Shown: in pieces, positions 1 through 12,159 of the stretch | Layout: each line of letters begins with the position of its first letter | Position numbering within the stretch: the stretch's first letter is position 1 | DNA from: Eledone cirrhosa | Taxonomy: Eukaryota | Assembly (NCBI GenBank): GCA_964016885.1 | Contig: OZ024749.1 | Span: 50,530,001-50,594,000, forward strand | Reading direction: 5' to 3' | DNA: 64,000 nt | Position numbers and translations under genes: made by a program | Notes under the pieces: generated by a model | Databases searched by the model: none | The model's input: only the letters and a program-made list of their open reading frames with translations | Told to the model about the DNA's origin: nothing

Positions 1-15
1 TTATATATATATATT

Positions 16-50
<35 letters not shown>

Positions 51-521
51 ATATTTATATATATATTTATATATATATATATATGTTTATTTATATATTT
101 ATATGTATATATATATATATGTATATATGTATTTATTTATATGTATATATATATATATATATATGTATATAAATACATATATATATATATGTATATATAT
201 ATGTATATATATAGCCGGATGGCTGAAATAGGTAAAATATATATATATATATATATATGTATTTATATATATATATATGTATATATGTATATATATATAT
301 GTATATATATATGTATATATATAGCCGGATGGCTGAAATAGGTAAAATATATATATATATATATATATGTATTTATATATATATATATGTATATATGTAT
401 ATATGTATATATATATATGTATATATATATGTATATATATAGCCGGATGGCTGAAACAGGTAAAAGATATATATATATATATATATATGTATTTATATAT
501 ATATATATGTATATATGTATT

Positions 522-598
<77 letters not shown>
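1..598. repeat. (TA)n-rich array containing three tandem copies (period ~110-118 bp) of a 25-bp unique core
   Basis: AGCCGGATGGCTGAAA(T/C)AGGTAAAA at 213, 323 and 441, separated by TA-rich spacers. Confidence 0.9.
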
Positions 599-853
599 AA
601 TATACAAATTTCAGGTGGTATAAGAAAGCAATTTTCAAATTAATAGATATCTGTAGAGAGATATATATATAGAGAGAGAGCAAAAGGCAGGATAATAGAT
701 CTTGCGAGAACACATTGTATCATATATATATACAAAGCACTAATATCAAGGGAAAATATGCACTTTAGATGGAAGAAATTATCATTCCTAATAGCGATAT
801 TTCACGTGTTCTTATAAGTTATATGGTTCTCTCTCTCTCTCTCTTTATATATA

Positions 854-901
<48 letters not shown>

Positions 902-1600
902 TTTGAAATGTGTGTGTATATAGTACTCAAACAGTAGGTGAACATAGATGAGCACACCAATTTCACACTCTTCGTTGTATTCCTATATACTAAGCACTCA
1001 TTTTATTATGTTAAATTTAAGATTGATAAAAGGTTATTGTCTGAAATAATTGTGTATTGAGGTGTAACGAAATGAAAATAATTATTAAATACAAGAATTG
1101 AAATTTGAACTAGAATCATAATTCACTAAAATATATATCAGAATGTGAATGAATAAAAAATTTAATTTTCTTTTTCAAATTGTATTTTCCATTGAATTTA
1201 ACATTCAAATTCAGATTTCTAGTGCCAGTAATATATATTCCGATACGAATTTTGTCAATACTAGATTGAAATCATGGTAAACCTTGAAATACCAGAATAA
1301 GAAAATAAATCTTAAGAAAGTTTCATCGAAATTTGTTTTCCTTGAAGAATGTGTTTATAACAGAATATATTTTTGTCATAATTTTCAAATTGTTTTTAAA
1401 TGAGTAGCTTACTTTTAAAGTTTGTAAGATTCTTCAGAAATCTATTTCACTTCAACCATAGAAGAGTATGCCTAGAGCCATGAATGTTACTACACATAAA
1501 TAGAACATCATTTGCTGATATCAGTAAAACAATATATATATATAAAGATTTGTCAATGATATTAGTGGAATTGATTTGACATATCAATTCAACTAATTAA

Positions 1601-1779
1601 TAATTGTTTCTACTCTTGGCACAAGGCCAGCAATGACTGGTACTTTATTTTATCGACCCCGTAAGGATGAAAGGCAAAGTTAACCTCGGCGGGATTTGAA
1701 CTCAGAATGGCAAGGGCCGTAACTCTATACGTCAAAGCATGGCGTCAGACCCTCTACCGATCCTGCCAATCCCCGCCCT
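1601..1779 (-). mobile_element. SINE family A (tRNA-derived head, short 3' form) with 19-bp target-site duplication
   Basis: Reverse complement of GGCGG..GATTGGCAG..GAGTTCAAATCCCGCCGAGGTTAACTTTGCCTTTCATCCTTACGGGGTCGATAAAATAAAGTACCAG; AATTCAACTAATTAATAAT at 1586-1604 and 1788-1806. Confidence 0.9.
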
Positions 1780-1877
1780 GAATTATTAATTCAACTAATT
1801 AATAATATTAGTGTAATTAATTATTTCAGGTGGCTTAATTAATTATCTTGCGATGTTAAATTAATTCGTCTTGTTAT

Positions 1878-2310
1878 TGTGTGTGTGTGTGTGTGTGTGT
1901 TTGTGTGTGCGAGTGTGTGTGTATAAATACACGCACAGACACATACACACACATATACATATATATATTTGTATGTGTGTATGCATATGCATACATACAA
2001 ACACACATATATATATATGTGTGTGTGTGTGTATGTGTGTGCGTGTGTGTGAGTTCGTGTGTGTGAGTGTGTGTGTATAGAAACACATTACAACGCATAC
2101 GCACAATTCTGAAAAAAATTGCGAATACATTTCTATATATACATACATAAACACTATAAATACACACACACAAGGAAACACATATATATAATGGTGTGGG
2201 GGGATTGTGTATGTGTCTGTGTTCATGTGTGTGTGTGTATGTGTGTGCAGAAACACATTACAATGCACACGCAAAATTCTGAAAAAAAAAAATTACGAAT
2301 ACATTTCTAC
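1878..2310. repeat. (TG)n/(CA)n/(TA)n microsatellite region with a ~70-bp local duplication
   Basis: AGAAACACATTACAA..CGCA.AATTCTGAAAAAAATT.CGAATACATTTCTA at ~2079 and ~2249. Confidence 0.8.
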
Positions 2311-3163
2311 ATCTAAAGTTGACATTAACGAATAATATTTCCCTTGTTTTGTTGTGTCTCTTCTTTAAACCAGCTCTGCTCCCATTCCTGCTGGGAATTT
2401 GCACCTGATTGCTTATAACAAAAGAAATTCGCATATAAATTTTTCATTTAACTCGGTGTGGCTCCTGCGTATTTCTTAACCGCTAAGAATTATATTCATC
2501 TTCCATATTTTCTGTTTTGCTTATCTGTTTCATTCTACCTTTTTTCTTTATTGTATTTCAATGTGCAATAAAACAAGTATCTACGAAGGGAAAATATTTG
2601 TATTCGTTCACACGTATTTTGTATATTCTATCTCAAAATGTTACTCTTGTCTAGACAAAATTACTTCAGAATATATAAACATAAGCAAAATTCCAAATGA
2701 AAAAATATTATGATAAGAAAACACTGCAGCAGTTTTTTTCTTTAGTTACGTTATATTGAAAGTAAGTAAACGAATATTTTTTGTCCTTTTGAATTTCTTT
2801 TTTTTTTTCAGACGTTTTCGTCACGAAATATTTCATGGGGTGAAAAATAAAAATACGGATTATAAAAGAAACGCTTGTGTTTCCATTGTCTTTCTATTTC
2901 TCTTTTAATAAATACCTCTGAAAAAAATGTTTGAAGCAGCGAAAAAATGTCTAATATTTATCATACTATTTTTTGCCGAAAATAGTTTTTCTTTATGAAT
3001 CGAATAAATAAAAGAAATCTTATTACAGTTCACGATACATCACTGGTAGATATTTTTATTGGTTCGTAATGCGGAAACGAGGAATATTTGTTATTCAATA
3101 TCACTTTCATATAGATTACCGATATATGCATCTCTTTACTGTACATAAAATTATCGGCAAGCG

Positions 3164-3410
3164 ATACGAAACTGTGTCTCTACGCATTGGTAAAGCATGT
3201 AATAACAAGCCGAGCCATTGGGATGTTAATTATAATATATATGGTGGTTTGACAGGGATGCAAGTATGCCAAAAGTGTAGAGCATCTGGATATATGTGTA
3301 TGTGTGTGTCTAATTGTGTGTATGCATGTGCTTATTTGTGTATGCGTGTGTGTGACTAGGTGCATACGTATTTGGGCAGGTTTGTGTTTGAATGGTGCAC
3401 ACCCACTAAC
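3164..3410 (+). repeat. Left arm of ~250-bp inverted repeat (partner 6875-7124)
   Basis: Near-identical reverse complement; ORF track shows the same peptides on opposite strands. Confidence 0.92.
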
Positions 3411-6168
3411 ATAGAGAGATGAAGAGAGGGGATGAGGGTATAGCGAATCTCGAGAAATGCTATATCGCTTTAGTGACCAACAGAATGCTACTTTACAGAT
3501 AATAAATTGCCGATTTTGTACCAATTCCCAATGATAAATGACTGAAATAAACATAGAATGTTACGCAATTTCAACGTGTAAATGAAATTTAAATTAATGT
3601 CAGTTCATATAGCAATGATAAACTTTAGTTATTGTATCTGAATTGACTAAGTTTCCCATTCACGCGGCCAATGTAGAATTTATTCCAATAAAATTCGAAA
3701 TCATAAAAATTCTTTATTTCACGTTGTCTCTTCAAAATGAAATGTCCATTTGATTAGTATTAATCTAAATCCATAATCATTTTGGAAAGCTCTGGAACAT
3801 GAGGCAGGCATAAATGTCAACATTTTCAACGTACATCTCCTCAACAGGAAATTATAATCTTTCTAATAATACTATAAAACTTGTAAATTAAGTCGTTGCT
3901 CATCCTGTTGTGTACTGTCCACTTCCATTGATAACTCTCTATCTATAATTTGTTCTGTGGAATAAAATCAGTTTAAGAGAATCCTTGAAATTGCACCGTA
4001 GAGAAATATTTAAAGGAATTCTGTACTGAACGTCCTTCGTATAAGATTTCAATTACTTTAAAATTCCCCCGTTGTCGGAGAAACAAAACTAAAATTCTTG
4101 TGTAAATATTTATGGTAGATAATGTTAGGGAATTCATATTGAATCTCTCATCGTTAACGTACGAGGTTTAGAAATATCGGATATTTGTTTGCAGAGAATG
4201 AGAAGCCTTTTATAGTTTCTCTCCGTGAGAACTGTTTTAACAGTAAACGAATATATATATTTTATGCGTAGAAATGGGGTATTGGATATCTACATGCTAG
4301 TATATTTGGCATAGCTAAAAATTAAGATCAGTTATGAGGAACACATGAATTTAGCTGGAGAAGGAAAATAAAACCCAATTCGCCACTTTTAGTGACACTC
4401 AAAAGCCTGACATTCATCTTATCTTGGAAACCTATTTTGTTTAGTTTCTTCAAATGATCTCTTTTTATCTTTGAGAGACATTACCCATCGCTGTTATGTC
4501 GTTTTACAGTTTTATGTTCTTCAACTAAGAAGGTAGTTTCACATCAATGATAATTTTTTTGAGTACAGCAATGAATACATCACCCATTATGTTATTTATG
4601 TAAATTCATGTCTTTAGCTTACTTGAAGTTTGTTTTAGTTTATTATGTATATTGTTGAATTATATAAATTATATTGTCAAACACACTTGTCTCTATTTTC
4701 CTTTATTTACAAATATTTGTCAACCGATCGAGTATATTTCCACATATAATGGTAGTTTTTCCATTTTTTAGTTGTAACATCCTTTGCTTTAAACGTTATT
4801 CTGAATACGATAATACATAAATACTTATATGAAATTAGAGGAAAAACTATAATTCCTTAGAGCCTCCCCTAGTGATAAATTCCTTTTTTCTCACGCAATT
4901 CTCCGTGGTTATGTAACAGTCTATTCTCAGGCATGGCTTATTTAAGAGAACCAACTTGTAGATTAGATTGTACAATAAGATAAAAATATTAACATGACAG
5001 GAGAATTACTTTACGATTGCCAATTGAATGAATTGGAGGGAAACAGAGGCTAAATAAAACTATCGGCATATCAGTAGGAGATGTAAAGTTCTCAAATTGC
5101 AATAGGAGATGTGATGGACTCTCCGTCATTTCAACTTGTTATTTATTAGCTAACTGAATACCTACCCATGAAATATATGTGTAAATAGATGGGGACTACC
5201 CAGTCACATAAACCCAAGACGAAACATCGTGAGTCATATTACAGAAGTGAACAACTGAATGAGTGTTACCATCGAGATTGAGTGAGAGAGACAGAAAGGG
5301 GGAGATAGATAGATAGAGAGAGAGATATATATATAGATAGATAGAAATAGATGGATAGAGAGGGAGGGAGAGAGAAAGAGGAGAGAGGGCAGAGAGAGAG
5401 AGACAGACACATATCGTGGGAGTGAGTAATTGGTGCAAGATCGGACAGATTTTTTCATTCATTGAAATCGAAGGTACGAAACTAAATCTGGATCTCAGTG
5501 GAATTTGAACATAGAGTGCATAGTATCTGGAGTAACATGGCATTATATTTAATCAATGGAATGCTTCCTCCAATTTTCCACTATAGTAGAGATGTATAAT
5601 TTATTCAATAGACAAAGTACAAGACTGGTAGCTGTTTCTTAGCTTCCAGATTCCAGATGAATAAAATGAAAAATGAAACCTGTTGGGGTTTGAAAGGAGC
5701 AAGTGATATAAGAAATGAAGTACTGATATCTATTTAATTCAGCATTACTTTGGTTTTGTAATCATACGAATATGATTCGGACCACATCGATAATAATGAT
5801 ATGAAACTGCTATATTTAATTATTGAATCATCAATCATAAAATTCCTATTGTTATAGAGTGTATGTAAAGATCTGTCAGTCTGGAGAGGATATCATTACG
5901 TTATACTATATAAATTATGGTTGTATGTCACAGGCAATATGGAAAATCGTGATACGCTATCACAACAGGGAATCGAAAGTGCTTTGTAAATACATCTCAC
6001 AAAGATACCCCTGTAGTAATTCGCATGTATGTACAGCTATAGCCTCCATATATATAGAGGAATCAACTGTTTTAACGTTGAATCAATAGTTTATCTACAC
6101 ATTAAACTTTGAATACATAATTCAAGACTGATACTAAATTTTATAATATATTTATAATATATATATAA

Positions 6169-6360
6169 GGGCGGTGGATTGGCAGTATCGGTAGTGAGTC
6201 GGACGCCATGCTTTGCAGCATAGTTACGTCCCTTTATGTTCTGAGTTCAAATCCCGCCGAGGTTAACTTTGCCTTTCATCCTTACGGGGTGGATAAAATA
6301 AAGTACCAGTAATGCACTGGGATAATTGCTGGCCTTTTGCCAAAAGTAGAAACAATTATT
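6169..6360 (+). mobile_element. SINE family A, full-length short form; followed by a second 5' fragment at ~6365-6437
   Basis: A-box-like TGGCAGTATCGG, B-box GAGTTCAAATCC, conserved GCCTTTCATCCTTACGGGG core, AACAATTATT tail. Confidence 0.9.
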
Positions 6361-6874
6361 TCTGCTGTATCGGTAGAGGGTGTGACGCCATACTTTGCAG
6401 CAAAGAGTTACGGCCCTTTGTTACCTGAGTTCAAATTAAAGACTGATACTATTATTTCTGCAATAAATGTTACTCTTAATCTCCTCTCCACTCCATTTCA
6501 CTATCTTCTCCATCAGTCTCCCCCTCTCACTATGTCTCAATATATCTGTCTGTTTTACTATCTACGCTCCGAACCTCGTGGTATTCCGTCATGCAAAAAT
6601 AACATTCACATATCTATGTATCCATAGTGTTGTCTCACGGAAAAAACATGTACACATCGGTAAACGTAGTCTGAGATATGCACGCCATGTGTAAGACAAA
6701 TTTGACATTTAGTATAAGAGGTACAAACAATTTAAGCAACTTCCAGCGACATAACCTCACTCATAGTCTTTGTGCCGCATCCAAGTTCTGGTATAATATA
6801 TACCCGAAAGGTTCCAAGCAGTTAGATTGCACCCGTGGCATCGTGATGGCAAATGAAATCTCTTGCATCCCTGG

Positions 6875-7124
6875 GTTAGTGGGTGTGCACCATTCAAACA
6901 CAAACCTGCCCAAATACGTATGCACCTAGTCACACACACGCATACACAAATAAGCACATGCATACACACAATTAGACACACACATACACATATATCCAGA
7001 TGCTCTACACTTTTGGCATACTTGCATCCCTGTCAAACCACCATATATATTATAATTAACATCCCAATGGCCCGGCTTGTTATTATTACATGATTTACCA
7101 ATGCGTAGAGACACAGTTTCGTAT
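6875..7124 (-). repeat. Right arm of ~250-bp inverted repeat (partner 3164-3410)
   Basis: GTTAGTGGGTGTGCACC...GAGACACAGTTTCGTAT is the reverse complement of 3164-3410. Confidence 0.92.
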
Positions 7125-7224
7125 TGAGCTTAAATCTAACTTTGCCGAATATAAAGTTGTTTTCTCAATATTTATATATATATATTTATATATAATTAAG
7201 TTAAAACAAACAAACAGCCCGAAG

Positions 7225-7578
7225 AAAAGTATATACTTTCAGACGTTCAACCATCTGGCAGGAAGGTATACGATGCTGACGATAGCTAATAAGCTTGAAA
7301 CTAGTACATCGTTCCTGTGTCAGTGTTGAACAAGGTGATATGGTTGTCTAAACACTGTACGGCGTAATTCAGGCTGTTACAAACAAACAAACCGAGCATT
7401 ATAATAAATGTTCGGTAAACCGATACGTGCATATATATACATGTGTGCATGTATGTATATATATACATACTACTGTACGTCTGTATACATATATGTATGT
7501 ACGTATACATACATACTTACATTTAAGTAAGTGCCGTACTAAGAATGAGAAATGAAATTTAGTTTCATTCTATTCTAT
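7225..7578. mobile_element. HHR-bearing short non-autonomous element (second copy at 42200-42680), internally inverted
   Basis: 7225-7520 is the reverse complement of ~42200-42580; 7528-7575 matches 42629-42678 on the same strand. Confidence 0.75.
7270..7312 (+). ncRNA. Minimal type I hammerhead ribozyme motif
   Basis: ACGATG-CTGACGA-tAGCTaataAGCTt-GAAA-CTAG-TA-CATCGT: 6-bp stem I, core, 4-bp stem II, palindromic stem III (ACTAGT); predicted cut after 7306. Confidence 0.85.
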
Positions 7579-7582
7579 TTAT

Positions 7583-7619
<37 letters not shown>

Positions 7620-7639
7620 GAGATTTTTTTAATTTTTTA

Positions 7640-8279
7640 ATTTTTATTTCCAACTCATTCATAACTTTCAATGTAAAACCATAATACCTAGAATTAAGTA
7701 TATTTTCTCTTGGGAGTTGATGGTCAGTCGTACTGTCCATGCTTGGTGAGAGGTAGTATTGTGACCTGTAAAAACTAACATTCTCCCATCCGCTCTGGCT
7801 TTCGGCTGACTGCCACAGACGGGACGGGTAGCAGTAAACTATGGTACAGGCCTAAATGGGTCATTGTTTGGCTGAGAGGGTGAACTGACTAAGCGAATTT
7901 CGTTGAAATCTGCGGTAGCTAATGGTCAACTTCCTTCGGACGTGCGCCTGCGCAGACCGGTGGGGGTGAATTGGTACTCACAGGGGAACGGATGAAGAAC
8001 CCAAAAGCACACACTTCGTCCGTTCCCATGTCGATTCAACTTGGATTGCCTCGGAAACATAACCTTATTATGTAACAAGCTGTCTGATGATGTCGCAACA
8101 CTCGCACACAGAACAGTGTGGCCAGTGTCGTCATTGAAATATATATCACAGCATTATTATTAAAGGACTTGAACATCTGAAACTACTTCGCTTTTACTTA
8201 TTTGATATTTACTCCGTCACTCCTATGTGGAAAAAGTACGTTGAGTGCTTGAATTGAATTGCAACAATATTTACCCTAA

Positions 8280-8280
<1 letters not shown>
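7640..8280 (+). mobile_element. Probable Penelope-like terminal repeat (pLTR-like) segment between (GA)n and (TA)n tracts
   Basis: GC-richer unique block carrying an HHR ~130 nt before an abrupt end at (TA)n; no ORF. Confidence 0.5.
8079..8152 (+). ncRNA. Type I hammerhead ribozyme motif with extended stem II
   Basis: GCTGT-CTGATGA-(45 nt: ACAC..CACAC/GTGTG..GTGT)-GAAA-TATATA-TC-ACAGC; predicted cut after 8147. Confidence 0.8.
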
Positions 8281-8339
<59 letters not shown>

Positions 8340-9478
8340 CTTTATACTTTATACAATATTATTCTTTTAATTGAATTTCTTACACTCGTGTTAAGATTAA
8401 TTATTACATCTATTTCTTTTTAAAGCATGAATGCCCTTAACATCATTCATTTTTGAAGGTTTCCTTTCTTAAAGTAAAATTATTTTCTCCGGTTTTCTAT
8501 TCTATTAGGAGCTGTCTCATTCTATTTAGTGTCCTCAATGCAATGAAATCTTAAAATCTAAATTGAAAATTAGTCAATTTAGAAAGAGAAATATCTTTGA
8601 TAATTATTTATTTCCTCTGTGCAGCTTTATTGTTGCATCCAAAGATGTATTCCTAGAACTGTTAGCAAATACGGCAGATTATATTTGAATATTAAGAATC
8701 TCAAATCTGTTTCTCACCAAACATAATGGCATTTCAGCATTTTCCTACAGTTCTAGCACTGACATGAATCACATGAATTTGCAAATACCAAAAGCATTAA
8801 AGAATGCATTACGAGCTGCACGTTGTCTTCTTTAAAACTGGCACATAAAGAATTCTTCAATAAAAGCAAGCCCACAATGTGACAGAGAAAGCAAATATCT
8901 CACTTAATAGCTAGCAACAGGCGAAACAATGCAATTTATTACAATATTCCGCAATTCCCTTTGGCGGCATTTCGTCATAGCTTCATACTCGGCCATTTGA
9001 TCAGATATAAAGACTTAATCTTCCAGAAAATGCCGACCCAATATGTTCTCAGATGTTGACTATTAGCTCTTATCTCGAATGAACAAGATTTAATGGCTAT
9101 TTGTCTTCATAGGAAAACCAGTGATTTCGGTGTTCGTATTGAAAACGTAGAGAAATGGGGGGGGGGGGGTATATTCGACATGATGCAATATATTTGCTTT
9201 GTCATGTAAAAGTGAATAACATGTCGACTTGAACCGACAAAAGTAAAGAAAAAAACAAAGAAACAGCTAAATGTTACTGAATCTCGTGTTTAATAAGCCG
9301 CAACTGTGTTTTTTTGTAAATTGGGTCCCAGAGAATTAGGGATTAGCAGGGAGCTACATAAAGAGAAATGATAATTAGGTACAGATGCTTAAACCATTTT
9401 ACATTTCATTTCAAATGATGAAAAACAAAGGAGGCAACTGTTCAAGTAGTAAGTTTATTGGACGTATGAGCAAAATGC

Positions 9479-9925
9479 CCTGGGTTCGATTCGTGGAATG
9501 GGAATCTGCTCATAAGCAAAACGCTTCATTTCACGTTGCTCCGGTATGTTGTTATATGTTGTTACAGCTCACACATATGTAGGTTTAGCTGGCTTCCCCC
9601 AAGGCATAACTCGTTGGAGGTCTCTTGGGTGATTTAATGATGGGGACCCCAGTCCTATCATCTCATTTCTACAGCTGAGTAAACTGGAGCAACGTGAAAT
9701 AAAGTATCTTGCTCAAGGAAACAACACGTCACCCGGTCCGAGAATTGAACTCACAATCTTTCGATTGCAAGCCCAATGCTCTAACCACTAAGGCATGCGC
9801 CTTCACTCAACTGAAAATCAGTACCAGCAATAGCTGAGGTTTAACACTGAGATGGACTGGTCTCATGTCCAGAGGGAGTTTTGAGCTTTCAGTCGCTTCA
9901 AGCCACGGATACTGGGATAGAAACT
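9479..9925. mobile_element. Nested SINE family B: older + copy (9479-9545 and 9805-9925) split by a minus-strand copy (~9546-9804)
   Basis: The two flanks join into the sequence of the 21389-21660 copy; the insert has reverse-complement tRNA head and CCTTGAGCAAGATACTTTATTTCACGTTGCTCCAG. Confidence 0.7.
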
Positions 9926-11016
9926 GACATTATACATTTTAGAAAACAAAACAAATCATTAAAAAAATCCAAACGATTTTACAATATATACTATATAATA
10001 AAAAATTATTCGCCTTCTCCTTCTTCGTTATATTCTTCCTTCCTTTTGCGTTACCGTTTTGCGTTAAGGACATCATCCACATCACCAGTACTATGAGCTC
10101 CACTATTATCAACATGCTATCAAATAAAGTAGAAAGTGTATAGAATATATGAACTTCTGATAGGGTTTGTGAAGTTTGGGTCGGAGCGGAGTTTACCACT
10201 TTTTATGTGGTGATATGCGTCTAAGTGTTGTAGCAGGTCGTTGAATATTTGAGAAGGGAATAAAGAAAGTGAAAATTAATTTGATATGTTGAGGGATTAT
10301 AACAAGTGGGTGTTGTAAGGATTTAACAACATTTAATGGAAGAATGCGAGAATCATTGGTCCAAAAGATAGTAAGGGAAATATACTAGAAAAACCATCTG
10401 TGGAACATTTAGCGATATCAAGAGTGACACATAAAAAGACGACATGAGACAATATTGTTGAAGTATGAAGAAAAGAAGGTTTAGCTTTCTGAGGGCCAAT
10501 ACACTACACTAGCAGTCAAGTACTGGGTTTGATGTTATCAACTTTACCCTTCCCTAAAAGTTGATGGCTTATGTTCCAAAATTAGAAATCAATATTTAGA
10601 TAAATGAGATAAGGAGAAATACACAAAGGCCATATCTAAGATGTACATAATCACTTAAATATCTTATATATCAAGACTAAACTAATGAGAAATAACGTCG
10701 AAATACGTCATAGATTATTTACAAACTCCACATATCACTTCATTAACCATTTCATAACCTAATCCTCTAATTCAGCCTATGTAGCTGATATAGTATGTGC
10801 CTTGTCTTCAGTTTCTGTCTGTCTCTCTTTCCCTGTTTATTTATTTGTATTGAGGGGATCCTTCCGTCAAATATTTAAGCCCTAAGCTTCTAACATAGTT
10901 TAAAACCTGTTTCATGATCTGTTAACCCTTGCTCCGAAACTAGTTTAACATTGAATTTAAAATTATTAAAATTCACACTAAGGCGAAATATAAAGATTAC
11001 GATGATGATGATGATG

Positions 11017-11054
<38 letters not shown>

Positions 11055-11284
11055 GAGGCACCAATTGGGAATAGAAATTAGGTCACGAACTTATCTCCCC
11101 TGGGCAAAATAACGAAGAATTTCAGATAAAAAAAAAATCTTTCTAGTTCCTTGTTTCTATTATCACATCTCTTGTTTAGTGAGGTCAATAAAATCGAAAA
11201 GTCAGATTGTCTGTCAAGAATCGATCTTCAGCTTCCACATTTAAGTGCTCCAAGCACTCTCTGAATACGCCACCCTCTCCATTT

Positions 11285-11310
11285 TATATATATATATAGA
11301 TACACACAAC

Positions 11311-11344
<34 letters not shown>

Positions 11345-11345
11345 G

Positions 11346-11376
<31 letters not shown>

Positions 11377-11378
11377 AT

Positions 11379-11420
<42 letters not shown>

Positions 11421-11422
11421 AT

Positions 11423-11473
<51 letters not shown>

Positions 11474-11506
11474 ACATATATATACGTATATATACATACA
11501 TATATG

Positions 11507-11546
<40 letters not shown>

Positions 11547-11547
11547 C

Positions 11548-11590
<43 letters not shown>

Positions 11591-11647
11591 ACATATATAT
11601 ACGTATATATACATACATATATGTATATACATATACATACATATATG

Positions 11648-11693
<46 letters not shown>

Positions 11694-11694
11694 C

Positions 11695-11733
<39 letters not shown>

Positions 11734-11757
11734 CATATATATATATATATATATATG

Positions 11758-11795
<38 letters not shown>

Positions 11796-11825
11796 CACAC
11801 ATATATATATATATGTGCATAATAC

Positions 11826-11897
<72 letters not shown>

Positions 11898-11900
11898 ATG
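11285..11900. repeat. (TA)n / TATATACA microsatellite array
   Basis: Direct inspection. Confidence 0.95.
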
Positions 11901-12159
11901 TCCTAACACGCATACATACACACACATTTACCCTCACACAGTCAATGATAGCAGTTGAATGAAAAGAATGAATTTGAAAGCCATCAGTCACAATGAGTGC
12001 CGATAGCATGACATGATAAATGGTGATTTCTTGTAAGAAGAAGGAACCGATTGACCTAGGGCTGTAAAAGATAACACAACTCTTGTAATATACTTTCTTT
12101 CTTTTTTTCTTCTATTAGTAGCTTTGTTCCTTATTGAAGTTTATTTTTAGGTCGTTTGT

